Source of the DNA: an uncultured Rhodospirillaceae bacterium
GTDB lineage: Bacteria; Pseudomonadota; Alphaproteobacteria; CAAGCB01; CAG-977
DNA: 64,000 bases
Direction: 5' to 3'
NCBI GenBank assembly: GCA_900553035.1
Contig: USCC01000002.1
Span: forward strand, 5,514 to 69,513
Below the pieces are notes generated by a model. That model did not search any database. It was not told the origin of the DNA and worked only from the letters and a program-made list of their open reading frames with translations. Made by a program: the position numbers and the translations under genes. Shown piece after piece: positions 9,475 through 19,636 of this stretch. Each line of letters starts with the position of its first letter. Within the stretch, counting starts at the first letter, position 1.

Positions 9475-11340
9475 ATGTCTGAAAAACTGCCTGAATGGGA
9501 TCTGAACGATTTATACCCCGGCATGGATTCACCGGAATTGAAAAAAGACATCGCCGCCGTCAGCGCGGGCGCGTTGAAATTTGAAACACGTTATAAAGGA
9601 AAGCTGGCCGAAACGACGGGCGACGAGTTCGGCGATTCAATTGAAGAATACGAAAAACTGACTGAAACGCTCGGACGTCTGGAAGCCTATTCCTACATGA
9701 TGCATTCCACGAACATGAACGATTCGAAAATTTCAACGTTTTATCAGAATGTTCAGGAAAAATCGAATGACGTTTCCGGAAAAATGCTGTTTTTTGAACT
9801 TGAACTCAACAAACTAAGCGACGAACAGCTGGCGGAAAAAATGGAGTCTCCGAAAGCGAAAAATTATGAACCGTGGATCAGGAATGTCCGCGCCGGGCGC
9901 GATCACATGCTGTCCGAAGAGCTGGAAAAAATGCTCCATGACAAACAGGTTGTCGGGGCAGCGGCATGGAACCGGCTTTATGATGAAACAATGGCTTCTC
10001 TGCGTTTCTCCGTCGGCGGCAAAGAAGTAACCGAACCCGAGGTCACGGCGATCATTGCGTCTTCGCCCGACGCTTCCGTCCGTCACGAAGCGGGCGCCGA
10101 AATGGATCGCGTCATGAAAAAGAACATGCCGATCTTCTCGCTGGTGACCAATACGCTGGCCAAAGACAAACAGATTGAAGACGAGGCGCGCGGATACAAA
10201 AAACCGATTTCCGCCCGCAACATTGAAAATCAGGTCGAAGACGAAGTCGTGGACGCCCTGGTTGATTCCGTTATTGACAGCCATGCGGACATCTCCCATC
10301 GCTTTTATAAAATGAAAGCCGACTGGCTGGGCGTTGACAAGCTGGAATACTGGGACAGGAACGCGCCTCTGCCCGATATGCCCGAAAAAAAGTATTCCTG
10401 GGACGAAGCAAAGAAAATCGTTCTGGCCGCGTACAGTGAATTTTCGCCGGAAATGGCCGCCATCGGCAAAAAGTTCTTTGACAACAACTGGATCGACGTC
10501 GCCCCGAAGGAAGGCAAGGAAGGCGGCGCTTATGCCCATCCAACCGTTCCGTCGGCGCATCCGTATCTGATGCTGAACTTCATGGGTAAACCCAACGACG
10601 TGATGACGCTGGCCCACGAATTGGGCCACGGAGTTCATCAGTATCTGGCAAATGATCAGGGTCTTCTGAAGTCGAATACCCCGATTACTCTGGCGGAAAC
10701 CGCTTCCATCTTCGGCGAAATGCTGACGTTCCAGTATATGCTGAAGCATGAAAAGGATCCCAAGCAGAAGTTCGCCATGCTGGCCGAAAAAACGGGAAGC
10801 ATGATTAACTCAACGGTACGCCAGATCGCGTTCCACCGCTTTGAAACCGAAGTCCACACCGAACGCCGCAAGGAAGGCGAACTGGCGCCCGAACGTCTGG
10901 ATAAAATCTGGACCAGGGTACAGTCCGATGCCCTCGGCCCCTCTGTCGTCAATGACGACCGCTCCAGCTCTTCCTGGGCAAGCATTCCCCACCTGATTCA
11001 TACGCCGTTCTATGTCTACGGCTATGCTTTCGGGGATTGTCTGGTCAATTCGCTGTACAGCGTTCATCAGGAAGGAAAAGTCGAGGACTTCCCCAAGAAA
11101 TACATGGAAATGCTGGCCAAAGGCGGTTCCGAACGCCATCAGCAAATGCTGAAGCCGTTCGGTCTGGACGCTTCAAAGCCGGACTTCTGGAAAAAAGGCC
11201 TGGGCGTTGCGAAAAACTTCGTTGACCAGTTGGAAGTCCTGACCGAAGAGCTGGGTATGAACCGCAACAAAACCCGCACGAACACGGAAAAAGCTCCGGC
11301 CGCCGCCCTCAAGCAAGCCGTCAAGGCCAAAGGTCGCTGA
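9475..11340 (+). CDS. pepF: Oligoendopeptidase F (M3B metallopeptidase)
   Basis: HELGHGVHQ zinc motif (HEXXH), about 620 aa, PepF architecture. Confidence 0.88.
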   Translation: MSEKLPEWDLNDLYPGMDSPELKKDIAAVSAGALKFETRYKGKLAETTGDEFGDSIEEYEKLTETLGRLEAYSYMMHSTNMNDSKISTFYQNVQEKSNDVSGKMLFFELELNKLSDEQLAEKMESPKAKNYEPWIRNVRAGRDHMLSEELEKMLHDKQVVGAAAWNRLYDETMASLRFSVGGKEVTEPEVTAIIASSPDASVRHEAGAEMDRVMKKNMPIFSLVTNTLAKDKQIEDEARGYKKPISARNIENQVEDEVVDALVDSVIDSHADISHRFYKMKADWLGVDKLEYWDRNAPLPDMPEKKYSWDEAKKIVLAAYSEFSPEMAAIGKKFFDNNWIDVAPKEGKEGGAYAHPTVPSAHPYLMLNFMGKPNDVMTLAHELGHGVHQYLANDQGLLKSNTPITLAETASIFGEMLTFQYMLKHEKDPKQKFAMLAEKTGSMINSTVRQIAFHRFETEVHTERRKEGELAPERLDKIWTRVQSDALGPSVVNDDRSSSSWASIPHLIHTPFYVYGYAFGDCLVNSLYSVHQEGKVEDFPKKYMEMLAKGGSERHQQMLKPFGLDASKPDFWKKGLGVAKNFVDQLEVLTEELGMNRNKTRTNTEKAPAAALKQAVKAKGR

Positions 11341-11363
11341 AAACTTTAAAAGCGTTCATGAAA

Positions 11364-11395
11364 ATCCCGCCGCGTAAAAACGGCGGGATTTTTTA
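11364..11395 (+). terminator. Rho-independent terminator after pepF
   Basis: ATCCCGCCG-loop-CGGCGGGAT hairpin followed by TTTTTT. Confidence 0.75.
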
Positions 11396-11697
11396 AAGGC
11401 TGTCGTTTTTTCCCTTCAAAACGTTTTCAGTCTTTTTTAAGAAGAGAGTACAAAATTCCGGTGTGAGAAGACTTCCGGCTTTGTACCCTTCCTCTGCGCC
11501 TCGAAAAGGCGTTTACGGCAGGCCGCGCCTTCAAACACACAAAGGGCTCCGTACACCGGGAATCCGTCTCTGACGGCGGATTGCGGATGTCTGCCGAATG
11601 CCTTAAACTTCTGCGGATAAAGCAAAGCGGGGTTCCTGACATTCTCCGCAAAGCCTTTTCCTGCGTCCTGCTACGGTTTTTGCGGCTCGGTCGAATA

Positions 11698-11728
11698 AAA
11701 AAAGCGGCCTAATCGCCGCTTTTCTTTA
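11698..11728 (-). terminator. Rho-independent terminator for the diguanylate cyclase gene
   Basis: On the minus strand there is an AGCGGC-gatta-GCCGCT hairpin followed by a T-run. Confidence 0.6.
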
Positions 11729-14110
11729 TTCTTCCCCTTCGGGTTTGCCCGGCCGGGGCGGCACAGGCCCTGTTCCCGGATGCGGCCCTTTTGGGATTTT
11801 CACCCGGACAACGCCCGGCATTTTGGGCATTTTGACCTTCATCATCCCGGGCGGAACCTTAATCGGGATTTTTTTGACCATCGGCGGGCGCCGGACATCC
11901 GGCGAAACGCCCGGAGCAGGTGGCGGCGACGGCGGCATCGGAGGTGGCACGGCCGTCAGTGGCGGCGGCGTAAAGGCCTCTTCTTCCTCTATTTCCGGTT
12001 CGGCCGTCAAATCCGCGGCGGAATCGTCCTCAAAAACAGGTGCGGGCGGTTCAACGCCGACGGTTCCGGCAAAAACATCTTCCTCCGGTTCGGAAGGCAG
12101 GTCGTCAATGATTTCAGGTTCGTACGAAGGCACCGCCGGTTCTTCCTCTTCTTCGGGCAGGGAAACAGCTTCTTCTTCAATAAATCCGTGTGCAAAGACA
12201 TTTTCCGCCTCGACCGCTTCCTCTTCGGGCGGCAGGTCATCTTCTATTTCGGGTTCAAGCTCTTCTTCGAAATCAGCCGGCGCCGCCGGTTCGTAAAAAG
12301 AGGCCGCCGGCGTTTGCGGTGCCGGAGCAGCCGGAGACGGCTCCTCTTCTTCAACGTCGTACAGATCGTCCAGAGAAACACCCCGGCCCTCAATAACCGG
12401 TTCATGATCGATTTCCTCTTCGTCGTCCAGAGGAACATCCTCTTCATCCGCCGCCGCCGCGCCACCGTCCAGCGACGGCACTCCGGCTCCGGCCTTCAAA
12501 GGCGCCGGAGCGGAAGATTTGAAGTAATACAGCGGTTCGGCCGACGTTTTTTCAATGTCCTCGCCCGTCGGGGGCACCGTATCCTTGTTCGGGCCGTCCT
12601 TATCGTAAATGATGACGCGATTGCGTCCGTTTTCCTTGGCCACATACAGCGCGTCGTCGGCCATCTTCAGCATTTCATCAATATTGTCCGTCAGCGTTGA
12701 GGAAACAAGGCCGATACTGACCGTAAAGCGAACGTCTTCATTCTGTTCGTTTTTAACAACCAGCTTCGATATCTTGATGCGCAGACGTTCAGCGACGCGA
12801 TGGGCGTTTTCAATAGAGACTTCCGGCAGCAGGATAACGAATTCCTCGCCGCCGAAACGCGCGATAATGTCGGATTCCCGAAGCGTCATCCGGCAGCAGT
12901 TTGCCAAAGCCTGCAGAACCAGGTCGCCGACGGCATGCCCGTGCGTGTCGTTGACGTTCTTGAAATGGTCGGCGTCAATCATGAACAGGCAGAAAGGATG
13001 GTTATAGCGGCGCGAACGCTGGACTTCATTTTTTGCCAGCTCTTCAAACTGGCGCCGGTTGTAGCAGTTTGTCAGCGGATCGCGGGTGGCCTGATCGAAC
13101 AGCTTCAGTTCCTTCTTTTTCCGTCCGGTAATATCCTGGAAAGCCATGTACAGGGCAATTTCATATTCAAAGTCAATGACCCGCGCCGACAACAGCAACC
13201 AGAACGGTTCTCCCTTCCGCGGCTTCACCAGAATTTCAAAATCGTCAACAACCGGTTTTTTTTCAAGCCTGGCGAGCAGTTCCCGGCGGCTGGAAGGATC
13301 GGCCAGATAGTCGACCGTCTTGAAATTGCCCGGATGGCGTACGTCCAGCCCGAACAGAGCGCCGGCCTTGGTGTTGATCAGCATCAGCTGGTCGTCCTTC
13401 AGGCGCGAAATAATGATCGGGAACGGCGACATCTGAATCATCAGACGCAGGCGTTCCTTGCTTTCTGCGGCTTCCTGCGCCAACCCTTCAAACTGGTGCG
13501 CCAGAAGGTTGTTTGAAATTAAAATCAAACCGCACATGATCGCAATGTACAGGAACGTCTCAAAAGACGGCGAAACAAGGCTCTGCCCCCACGACATCAT
13601 GATCAGGAGATTGTAAACGACCAGAAAAATACAGAACCATCCCGTGATGACGAAGCCGAGCGCATTGCGCAGGGATTTCTTGCTCCACAGCGACGCCGCC
13701 AGAACGCCGTAGCCAACCGTCGACAACGCCATGGACAGGCTGAGCGTGCCGCCGTCCTTTGTAATGATGACAACGTACCAGCTCCACACCGCAGCCACCA
13801 GACACGCCGCAATCAGCACTGTCCGGTTGACGAATTTGACGCCTTTGATTTCCAGAGCGCCCGCGATGAAAAAAACGGCACTGAGCAGACGGAGCAGAAG
13901 TTCAAGGAAATAGTAATATCCCTCTCCAAGGACGGCCGAAGGCCAGATCAGGAGTTTCGCCGCCAGAACGCACGCAAAAGCCCAGAAAACGGCGGAAATC
14001 CCCTTTGAGAAATCCGCCTGTCCCTTTAAATACTTCAGAGCGAACAGCACGCCGACAAGGCTGAACACCATCGGCACCAGACCCGAAGTTGAATTTAAAG
14101 CCGTCCCCAT
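11726..14110 (-). CDS. Membrane-anchored PAS-GGDEF diguanylate cyclase with a long acidic, proline-rich C-terminal tail
   Basis: The N-terminal third has multiple TM helices, followed by a PAS-like region. The GGDEF domain has an intact GGEEF active site and an RESD I-site. The last roughly 288 aa are low-complexity (E/D/P/A-rich) and end with KxP repeats. The start is set at the ATG at 14110, which has an AGGAGA Shine-Dalgarno; the upstream in-frame extension looks non-coding. Confidence 0.85.
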   Translation of the reverse strand: MGTALNSTSGLVPMVFSLVGVLFALKYLKGQADFSKGISAVFWAFACVLAAKLLIWPSAVLGEGYYYFLELLLRLLSAVFFIAGALEIKGVKFVNRTVLIAACLVAAVWSWYVVIITKDGGTLSLSMALSTVGYGVLAASLWSKKSLRNALGFVITGWFCIFLVVYNLLIMMSWGQSLVSPSFETFLYIAIMCGLILISNNLLAHQFEGLAQEAAESKERLRLMIQMSPFPIIISRLKDDQLMLINTKAGALFGLDVRHPGNFKTVDYLADPSSRRELLARLEKKPVVDDFEILVKPRKGEPFWLLLSARVIDFEYEIALYMAFQDITGRKKKELKLFDQATRDPLTNCYNRRQFEELAKNEVQRSRRYNHPFCLFMIDADHFKNVNDTHGHAVGDLVLQALANCCRMTLRESDIIARFGGEEFVILLPEVSIENAHRVAERLRIKISKLVVKNEQNEDVRFTVSIGLVSSTLTDNIDEMLKMADDALYVAKENGRNRVIIYDKDGPNKDTVPPTGEDIEKTSAEPLYYFKSSAPAPLKAGAGVPSLDGGAAAADEEDVPLDDEEEIDHEPVIEGRGVSLDDLYDVEEEEPSPAAPAPQTPAASFYEPAAPADFEEELEPEIEDDLPPEEEAVEAENVFAHGFIEEEAVSLPEEEEEPAVPSYEPEIIDDLPSEPEEDVFAGTVGVEPPAPVFEDDSAADLTAEPEIEEEEAFTPPPLTAVPPPMPPSPPPAPGVSPDVRRPPMVKKIPIKVPPGMMKVKMPKMPGVVRVKIPKGPHPGTGPVPPRPGKPEGEE

Positions 14111-14215
14111 ACTTAAAAAATCTCCTTTTACACCATATTCTATAGTATAATGCTGTTGCAGAGCAAAGATGATTTTGTCATAACTGAAAAAAAAACGTTG
14201 TTTTAGAGGATTCTT

Positions 14216-15481
14216 ATGGTACAGGAAGTGTTGTTGGAAGATCCCGGCGTTTCGGAAACGCTGGACGAGATGGAAAGTCTTACCGCCAACGAAAAAAAAT
14301 TTGAAAAACGGCGTTTGCGTCCTTTGGCATCGTATCTGGATTTTGATGTTTCCCACCGGCCGACACAGGCTCAGGATCGGGTTTCCAAAAAACGTGTTTA
14401 TATCGGTATTGCTCTGGGCGTTTTTCTTATTCTTCTGGGATTCGTTTCAAACTTCACGCTGCAGAAAACACCGCACCTTTTCGGCGCGTCCGATCCTCTG
14501 CCTCTTCCGGCGTTTACCAGCACTTTCAGCGCTTCATGGATTTTCGTCGGCCTCGGCGTGTTTCTGATTATTACGCGCCTTCTGCTTCTGTTTTACGGCC
14601 GCGATTTTTTCATCGGTCACAAATTTGCCGCCGTCGTTATCCAGAAACCCTTTGAACGCAGCAACCGCATGGCGGATTCCCTGAACGGCTATCTGGGGGT
14701 ACGTTACCGATCCCGTATTGTCAACGTCCTGGGGCTGACGTCGTATACACAGCACATCATTGACCTCCAACATCCCAATGAAGCGAAAACCATTCCCCTG
14801 TACATTACGAATAACGGCAACGGCATCAGCCGGAAATGGGAAGAGCTGGCTCGCCAGCTGGACATGCCGGCCATTTTCAATACAGCCGACGGTGTTGTCG
14901 AAATCGCACTTGAAGATGTTCAGAAGGCGCATCCCGTCATGATTTCCGAAGGAAAAATCCCCATTGACGAATCCTGTCTTTACAAGGTGCCGCATTCCTT
15001 TAAAATCGTCGAGGATGACAGAACATGCCAGATTGATCCGGAAATCCGGGACAGCGCTTTTTCAACGTTTTCGGCCGTTGTCTGCGTCTTTGCCTTTTTC
15101 ATGACCGCCCTTGTCGCCTTCGTTCTCAGCGCACAGGCGCATCTTCCGGCCTTTTCATTCATTCCGGTGACGCTTCTGGCCACGATTCTGCTGATCATTG
15201 TTCCGGCTTCTCTGTTTTTCCGCCGACGCCGCCTGGTCGTTTCCAGGGACGGTATTCGTATCAAATCGCGGTGGATTTTCTTTCCGTCCTTCGGCTACCT
15301 GATCCGACCGGAAAGTCTGGAATCCATAAACGTCATCCACAACAGCTACGACCTGAAATACTCGCTGGTCATCGGTGCGGATGGCCAGACAACCCACATC
15401 GGACGCGGGCTACCTAAAAAAGATCTGGAATGGCTTCAGAACTTCATCAATGAACAGATAAAACGCTTTATCTGCAAATAA
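14216..15481 (+). CDS. Hypothetical membrane protein (about 4 TM helices), divergent from the diguanylate cyclase
   Basis: AGAGGA Shine-Dalgarno before the ATG at 14216. Hydrophobic helices at about residues 60-80, 100-125 and 285-330. No family was recognised. Confidence 0.55.
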   Translation: MVQEVLLEDPGVSETLDEMESLTANEKKFEKRRLRPLASYLDFDVSHRPTQAQDRVSKKRVYIGIALGVFLILLGFVSNFTLQKTPHLFGASDPLPLPAFTSTFSASWIFVGLGVFLIITRLLLLFYGRDFFIGHKFAAVVIQKPFERSNRMADSLNGYLGVRYRSRIVNVLGLTSYTQHIIDLQHPNEAKTIPLYITNNGNGISRKWEELARQLDMPAIFNTADGVVEIALEDVQKAHPVMISEGKIPIDESCLYKVPHSFKIVEDDRTCQIDPEIRDSAFSTFSAVVCVFAFFMTALVAFVLSAQAHLPAFSFIPVTLLATILLIIVPASLFFRRRRLVVSRDGIRIKSRWIFFPSFGYLIRPESLESINVIHNSYDLKYSLVIGADGQTTHIGRGLPKKDLEWLQNFINEQIKRFICK

Positions 15482-16250
15482 TCCGTTCAAGCGTCCGGCA
15501 AAAGGATTCGGATGCCTCCCGTTCGTCAAACGGCGAATGCCCGCACTGCGGCAGGATGAATTTTTCAAAAGGAATACCGCTGTTTTCCAAAGGCTCAAGG
15601 ACGCCTTCCGCCGGGTGCGGATCGACATCGCCGTGAATGACCGTCACCGGGCATTCCAGACGCTTCAAAGCCAGCGTCAGTTTTCCTTCAAAGCGGAGTT
15701 TCCGGGCTTCGTTCCACACCTGTCCGTACATTCTTCCGTCCGGAGGAAGAACATGTTCCTTCTCCTCTGGCCGTCGGGCATAGTTGTCTGTCTTTTCAAC
15801 CAGGCTTTCCAGGATTTTCAGCGCTCCCGCCTCACCGTTTTCCAACCTTTCCAGCGTTTTTCGAAAAATGTCCGCTTCCGCCGCGGACAAACGAGCCAAA
15901 CGCCTTTGAAGAATCCGGGGAACATATTTTTCCTCAAAGGGCGGACACCCGACCAAAACAAGCCGGCGCACATGCCGGGGATGTTCCGCCGCGTACAGCA
16001 CCGATAACAAAGCCCCCCACGAATGCCCGACAAGCACCGTTTTCTCTCCGGCCGGGCACCCTTTCTCAAGCTGAGCCGCCAGTTCATCAATCAGCTCCCG
16101 AATCGTATATCCGGACTGCAACGGCTCCATGACGCCTTTTCCCGAATACCGGGCGAACTCACGCGCCGCACGCGCCAGAGAACCGGGTGCGCCGGGTCCT
16201 CCGTGGATGAAGGCCGCGACATAAGGCGGCGTGCCGTACAGCCGGTTCAT
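15468..16250 (-). CDS. Alpha/beta hydrolase fold protein
   Basis: Has an HGGPG motif and a GHSWG nucleophile elbow. Its start overlaps the mnmG stop (ATGA). Confidence 0.8.
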   Translation of the reverse strand: MNRLYGTPPYVAAFIHGGPGAPGSLARAAREFARYSGKGVMEPLQSGYTIRELIDELAAQLEKGCPAGEKTVLVGHSWGALLSVLYAAEHPRHVRRLVLVGCPPFEEKYVPRILQRRLARLSAAEADIFRKTLERLENGEAGALKILESLVEKTDNYARRPEEKEHVLPPDGRMYGQVWNEARKLRFEGKLTLALKRLECPVTVIHGDVDPHPAEGVLEPLENSGIPFEKFILPQCGHSPFDEREASESFCRTLERIICR

Positions 16251-18112
16251 TTAAAAGACCTGAGATATCCCAGAACCGCTGTCACAGCCGCAGGGGTGAC
16301 GCCGGAAATACGTGAAGCGGCGCCCAGTGTTTCGGGACGGACTTTTGAAAGCTTCATGACAACCTCATTTGACAGGCCGCCGATTTTTCCGTAATCAATC
16401 TCTTCCGGAATCCGCAGAGATTCGTCCTTGCGGAATGCTCGGATATCGGCCTCCTGACGCTGCAGATAACCCCGGTACTTTGCCTCGATTTCCAGAAGCT
16501 CGACCACGTCCCGCCGCGTTCCGGCCAATCCGGGCCACACCGCTGCAAGCCTGTCCCAGTCCACATCCCCGTATGCCAGAAGATCCATCCCGTCCCGCCG
16601 CGCGCCGTCCCGGTTGACCGAAAAACCGTATTTCACAAGCTCCCCGGGGGTGCCCCCGATGCTTTTCAGTTTTTCAGAAGCCCTCTGCAGCGCTTCGTTT
16701 TTCACCGCAAAGGCCTCGGCACGCGCCGAGCCGACACAGCCCGCTTCAATTCCTTTCGGCGTCAGGCGCATATCGGCATTGTCAGAACGCAACAAAAGCC
16801 GGTATTCCGCCCGCGACGTGAACATGCGGTAAGGTTCGTCCACCCCTTTGGTCGTCAGATCATCAATCATGACCCCCAAATAGGCATCCGCCCGGTCAAG
16901 TGTAAATTCCCGTCCGGCTCCCGCCGCCTTCAAAGCCGCATTCACGCCCGCCAGAAGTCCCAGAGCGCCCGCTTCCTCATATCCTGTCGTCCCGTTAAGC
17001 TGTCCGGCGATAAAAAGACCGGATACCTTTTTCGTCTCAAGCGTCCGTCGCATTTCCAGCGGATCAACATAATCGTATTCAATCGCATACCCTGGCCGGA
17101 GGATACGGACATTTTCCAATCCCGGAATCGTGCGGATCATGGCTTCCTGAACATCTTCCGGCAACGACGTTGAAATGCCGTTCGGATAAACGGTGTCGTC
17201 GTCCAGTCCTTCGGGTTCCAGGAAAACATGATGAGAATCCCTTTCGGCGAACTTGACCAGCTTGTCTTCAATGCTGGGACAGTAACGGGGGCCGACGCCC
17301 TTGATCTGCCCCGAAAAAAGAGGTGCGCGGTGCATGTTCGCCCGGATGATTTCGTGTGTCCGCACGTTTGTCGCCGTTATGTGGCAGGCGACCTGCGGCG
17401 TCGTAACAGCGGTGTCCATAAAGGAGAAAGGCTCCGGATTTTCATCGCCAAGCTGTTCCTGCGTCCGGCTCCAGTCAATTGTGGTGCCGTCCAGACGCGC
17501 GGGCGTGCCCGTTTTCAGGCGCCCCAGAGTCAGGCCGAGCCGCTTCAGAGCCGCAGACAGATGTTCACAGGAAACGTCTCCGACACGTCCGCCGACCGTC
17601 TTTTGTTCACCCACATGCATCAGACCGCGCAGAAAGGTTCCTGCTGTCAGCACGACGGCTCCGGCACTGTAAACCGTTCCGTCCGCCGTGATAACGCTGG
17701 AAACATAAGGAATTCCTTCCTTTTCACCGGAAACGAGGTCTTCAACGGCTCCCGCCCGGACTGTCAGATTCGGATAATCAAGCAATTCCGCCTGCATCGC
17801 CTGTTTATACAGCTTTCTGTCCGCCTGTGTCCTTAATCCCTGAACAGCCGGCCCCTTGGAACGGTTCAGCATCCGGAACTGGATTCCCGCCCGGTCGGCC
17901 ACACGCCCCATCAGGCCGTCCAAAGCGTCGATTTCGCGCACCAGATGCCCTTTGCCCAGGCCGCCGATGGCCGGGTTGCACGACATTTCACCGATGGAGT
18001 CAATCCGGTGCGTCAGAAGAAGCGTTTTTGCTCCTGTCCGCGCCGCGGCCGCCGCCGCTTCACATCCGGCGTGCCCCCCGCCGACAACGATAACATCAAA
18101 TTTATCCGCCAT
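16247..18112 (-). CDS. mnmG: tRNA uridine 5-carboxymethylaminomethyl modification enzyme MnmG (GidA)
   Basis: FAD motif [15 protein letters not shown], 621 aa, conserved throughout. Confidence 0.95.
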   Translation of the reverse strand: MADKFDVIVVGGGHAGCEAAAAAARTGAKTLLLTHRIDSIGEMSCNPAIGGLGKGHLVREIDALDGLMGRVADRAGIQFRMLNRSKGPAVQGLRTQADRKLYKQAMQAELLDYPNLTVRAGAVEDLVSGEKEGIPYVSSVITADGTVYSAGAVVLTAGTFLRGLMHVGEQKTVGGRVGDVSCEHLSAALKRLGLTLGRLKTGTPARLDGTTIDWSRTQEQLGDENPEPFSFMDTAVTTPQVACHITATNVRTHEIIRANMHRAPLFSGQIKGVGPRYCPSIEDKLVKFAERDSHHVFLEPEGLDDDTVYPNGISTSLPEDVQEAMIRTIPGLENVRILRPGYAIEYDYVDPLEMRRTLETKKVSGLFIAGQLNGTTGYEEAGALGLLAGVNAALKAAGAGREFTLDRADAYLGVMIDDLTTKGVDEPYRMFTSRAEYRLLLRSDNADMRLTPKGIEAGCVGSARAEAFAVKNEALQRASEKLKSIGGTPGELVKYGFSVNRDGARRDGMDLLAYGDVDWDRLAAVWPGLAGTRRDVVELLEIEAKYRGYLQRQEADIRAFRKDESLRIPEEIDYGKIGGLSNEVVMKLSKVRPETLGAASRISGVTPAAVTAVLGYLRSFK

Positions 18113-19420
18113 TCACTTCCCTATGCAAAAATCCCTGAAAATAATATCCAGCAGTTCCTCGACCTGCACCTGTCCCGTAATCCGTCCGACAGAACGCATT
18201 GCCATGCGCAGGTCTTCGGCTGTCAGCTCGATTTCCGGCACCTTAAGAGCGGAATCCAGCGCTTCAACACATTCTTCCAGCGCCTGGCGGTGGCGAACCC
18301 GCGTCAGGGAAGGCTCTTCGCGCATGGACAGGACGTTTTCAACCCGCCGGCCAATTTTTTCCAGAAGAACGTCAATCCCCGCGCCGGTTTTCGCCGAGAT
18401 GTAGGCCTCTCCCTCGGGAAGCGTTTCCGTTCCGTCGATTTTATTGACGATTCTCATGGTCTTTTCAGGCGGCATAAGCTTTATTTCGGAATCGATTCCG
18501 GGATTCAAGGCGTCAATGACTTCCAGAACCAGATCGGCTTCCCGCGCCCGGGCATATGCCCGGCGGATGCCTTCGGCTTCAATTTCTTCGGATGTTTCCC
18601 GCAAACCCGCCGTATCGGCTGCGATGACCGGATACCCGTTGATGTCCAGACGAACTTCAATAACGTCCCGCGTCGTTCCGGCAATTGAAGAAACAATTGC
18701 GACATCCCGACGCGCCAGCCGGTTCATCAGGCTGGATTTCCCCGCATTGGGCGCGCCGACGATCGTGATCAGGTAACCATCCCGCAGCCGTTCCCCGCGG
18801 CGTCCATCATCCAGATGAGCCTTGATTTCCGCGCTGAGACGGATGATTCTGTTTCGTATCGAATCCGAAACGTCCGAAGGCACCTCTTCTTCGGGAAAAT
18901 CGATGTACGCTTCCGTCCAGGCCAGAAGATGTTTCAGCTCTGCGGCCCAGTTTTCATACACACCGGCCAAAGCCCCGTTCATCTGGCGGAAAGCCTGCTT
19001 TCTTTGCTCTTCGGTTTCGGCATCCACCAGATCGGCCAGCCCTTCGGCCGCTGTCAGATCCATTTTGCCATTTTCAACTGCGCGGCGCGTAAACTCGCCT
19101 CGTTCCGCCGGACGCAGGCCTTCAATTTTCGCCAGTTCCTCCAGAACCGAAGCCATAATCGCCCGGCCGCCGTGAATCTGCAACTCGACGACATCTTCGC
19201 CGGTAAAGCTGGCCGGTGCAGGAAACCAGAGCAGAAGGCCGTCGTCAATCGGCGTGCCATTCAGTGTTCGGACGGTTGTAAAAAGAGCCTGACGCGGCGT
19301 CGGGGAACTTTTCCCGCACATCCGTTCCGCAACCTGATGCGCTTCGGGGCCGGAAATACGCACAACAGCCACCCCCGCCTTTCCGGCAGCGGTCGCAGGG
19401 GCGAAGATCGTTCCTTTCAT
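18113..19420 (-). CDS. mnmE: tRNA modification GTPase MnmE (TrmE)
   Basis: G-domain motifs GAPNAGKSSL and DTAG, and the C-terminal CIGK motif. The ATG at 19420 has an AAGGA Shine-Dalgarno. Confidence 0.93.
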   Translation of the reverse strand: MKGTIFAPATAAGKAGVAVVRISGPEAHQVAERMCGKSSPTPRQALFTTVRTLNGTPIDDGLLLWFPAPASFTGEDVVELQIHGGRAIMASVLEELAKIEGLRPAERGEFTRRAVENGKMDLTAAEGLADLVDAETEEQRKQAFRQMNGALAGVYENWAAELKHLLAWTEAYIDFPEEEVPSDVSDSIRNRIIRLSAEIKAHLDDGRRGERLRDGYLITIVGAPNAGKSSLMNRLARRDVAIVSSIAGTTRDVIEVRLDINGYPVIAADTAGLRETSEEIEAEGIRRAYARAREADLVLEVIDALNPGIDSEIKLMPPEKTMRIVNKIDGTETLPEGEAYISAKTGAGIDVLLEKIGRRVENVLSMREEPSLTRVRHRQALEECVEALDSALKVPEIELTAEDLRMAMRSVGRITGQVQVEELLDIIFRDFCIGK

Positions 19421-19636
19421 GACGGTATCCTTAAAAAAACAACTGGTTTTTCTTAGCACGTTTCCATCCGTTTGAAAAAAGAAAAGTGTGATAAAACAAA
19501 GTCTGTTCCGGGAAAAGCGGTGCGCCCGCCGTAATGTCCGTTTCTGAAAAAGATTTCCCGAGTTTAAATTGATTTTAATTTCCGGAAAACAGGCTTATAC
19601 TCGCGCCGGAATCAAAAACCCGGAAGGAAACCAATC

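Noticed and set aside
11745-12700. Plus-strand ORFs (183 and 306 aa, G/S-rich or R-rich) antisense to the diguanylate cyclase tail
   Set aside because: They are low-complexity mirror translations of the GAA/GAG/CCN-rich repeat region and lie inside a well-supported gene.
17228-18688. Several plus-strand ORFs (up to 247 aa) antisense to mnmG and mnmE
   Set aside because: They are shadow ORFs inside strongly conserved genes, with Arg/Pro/Ser-rich composition.
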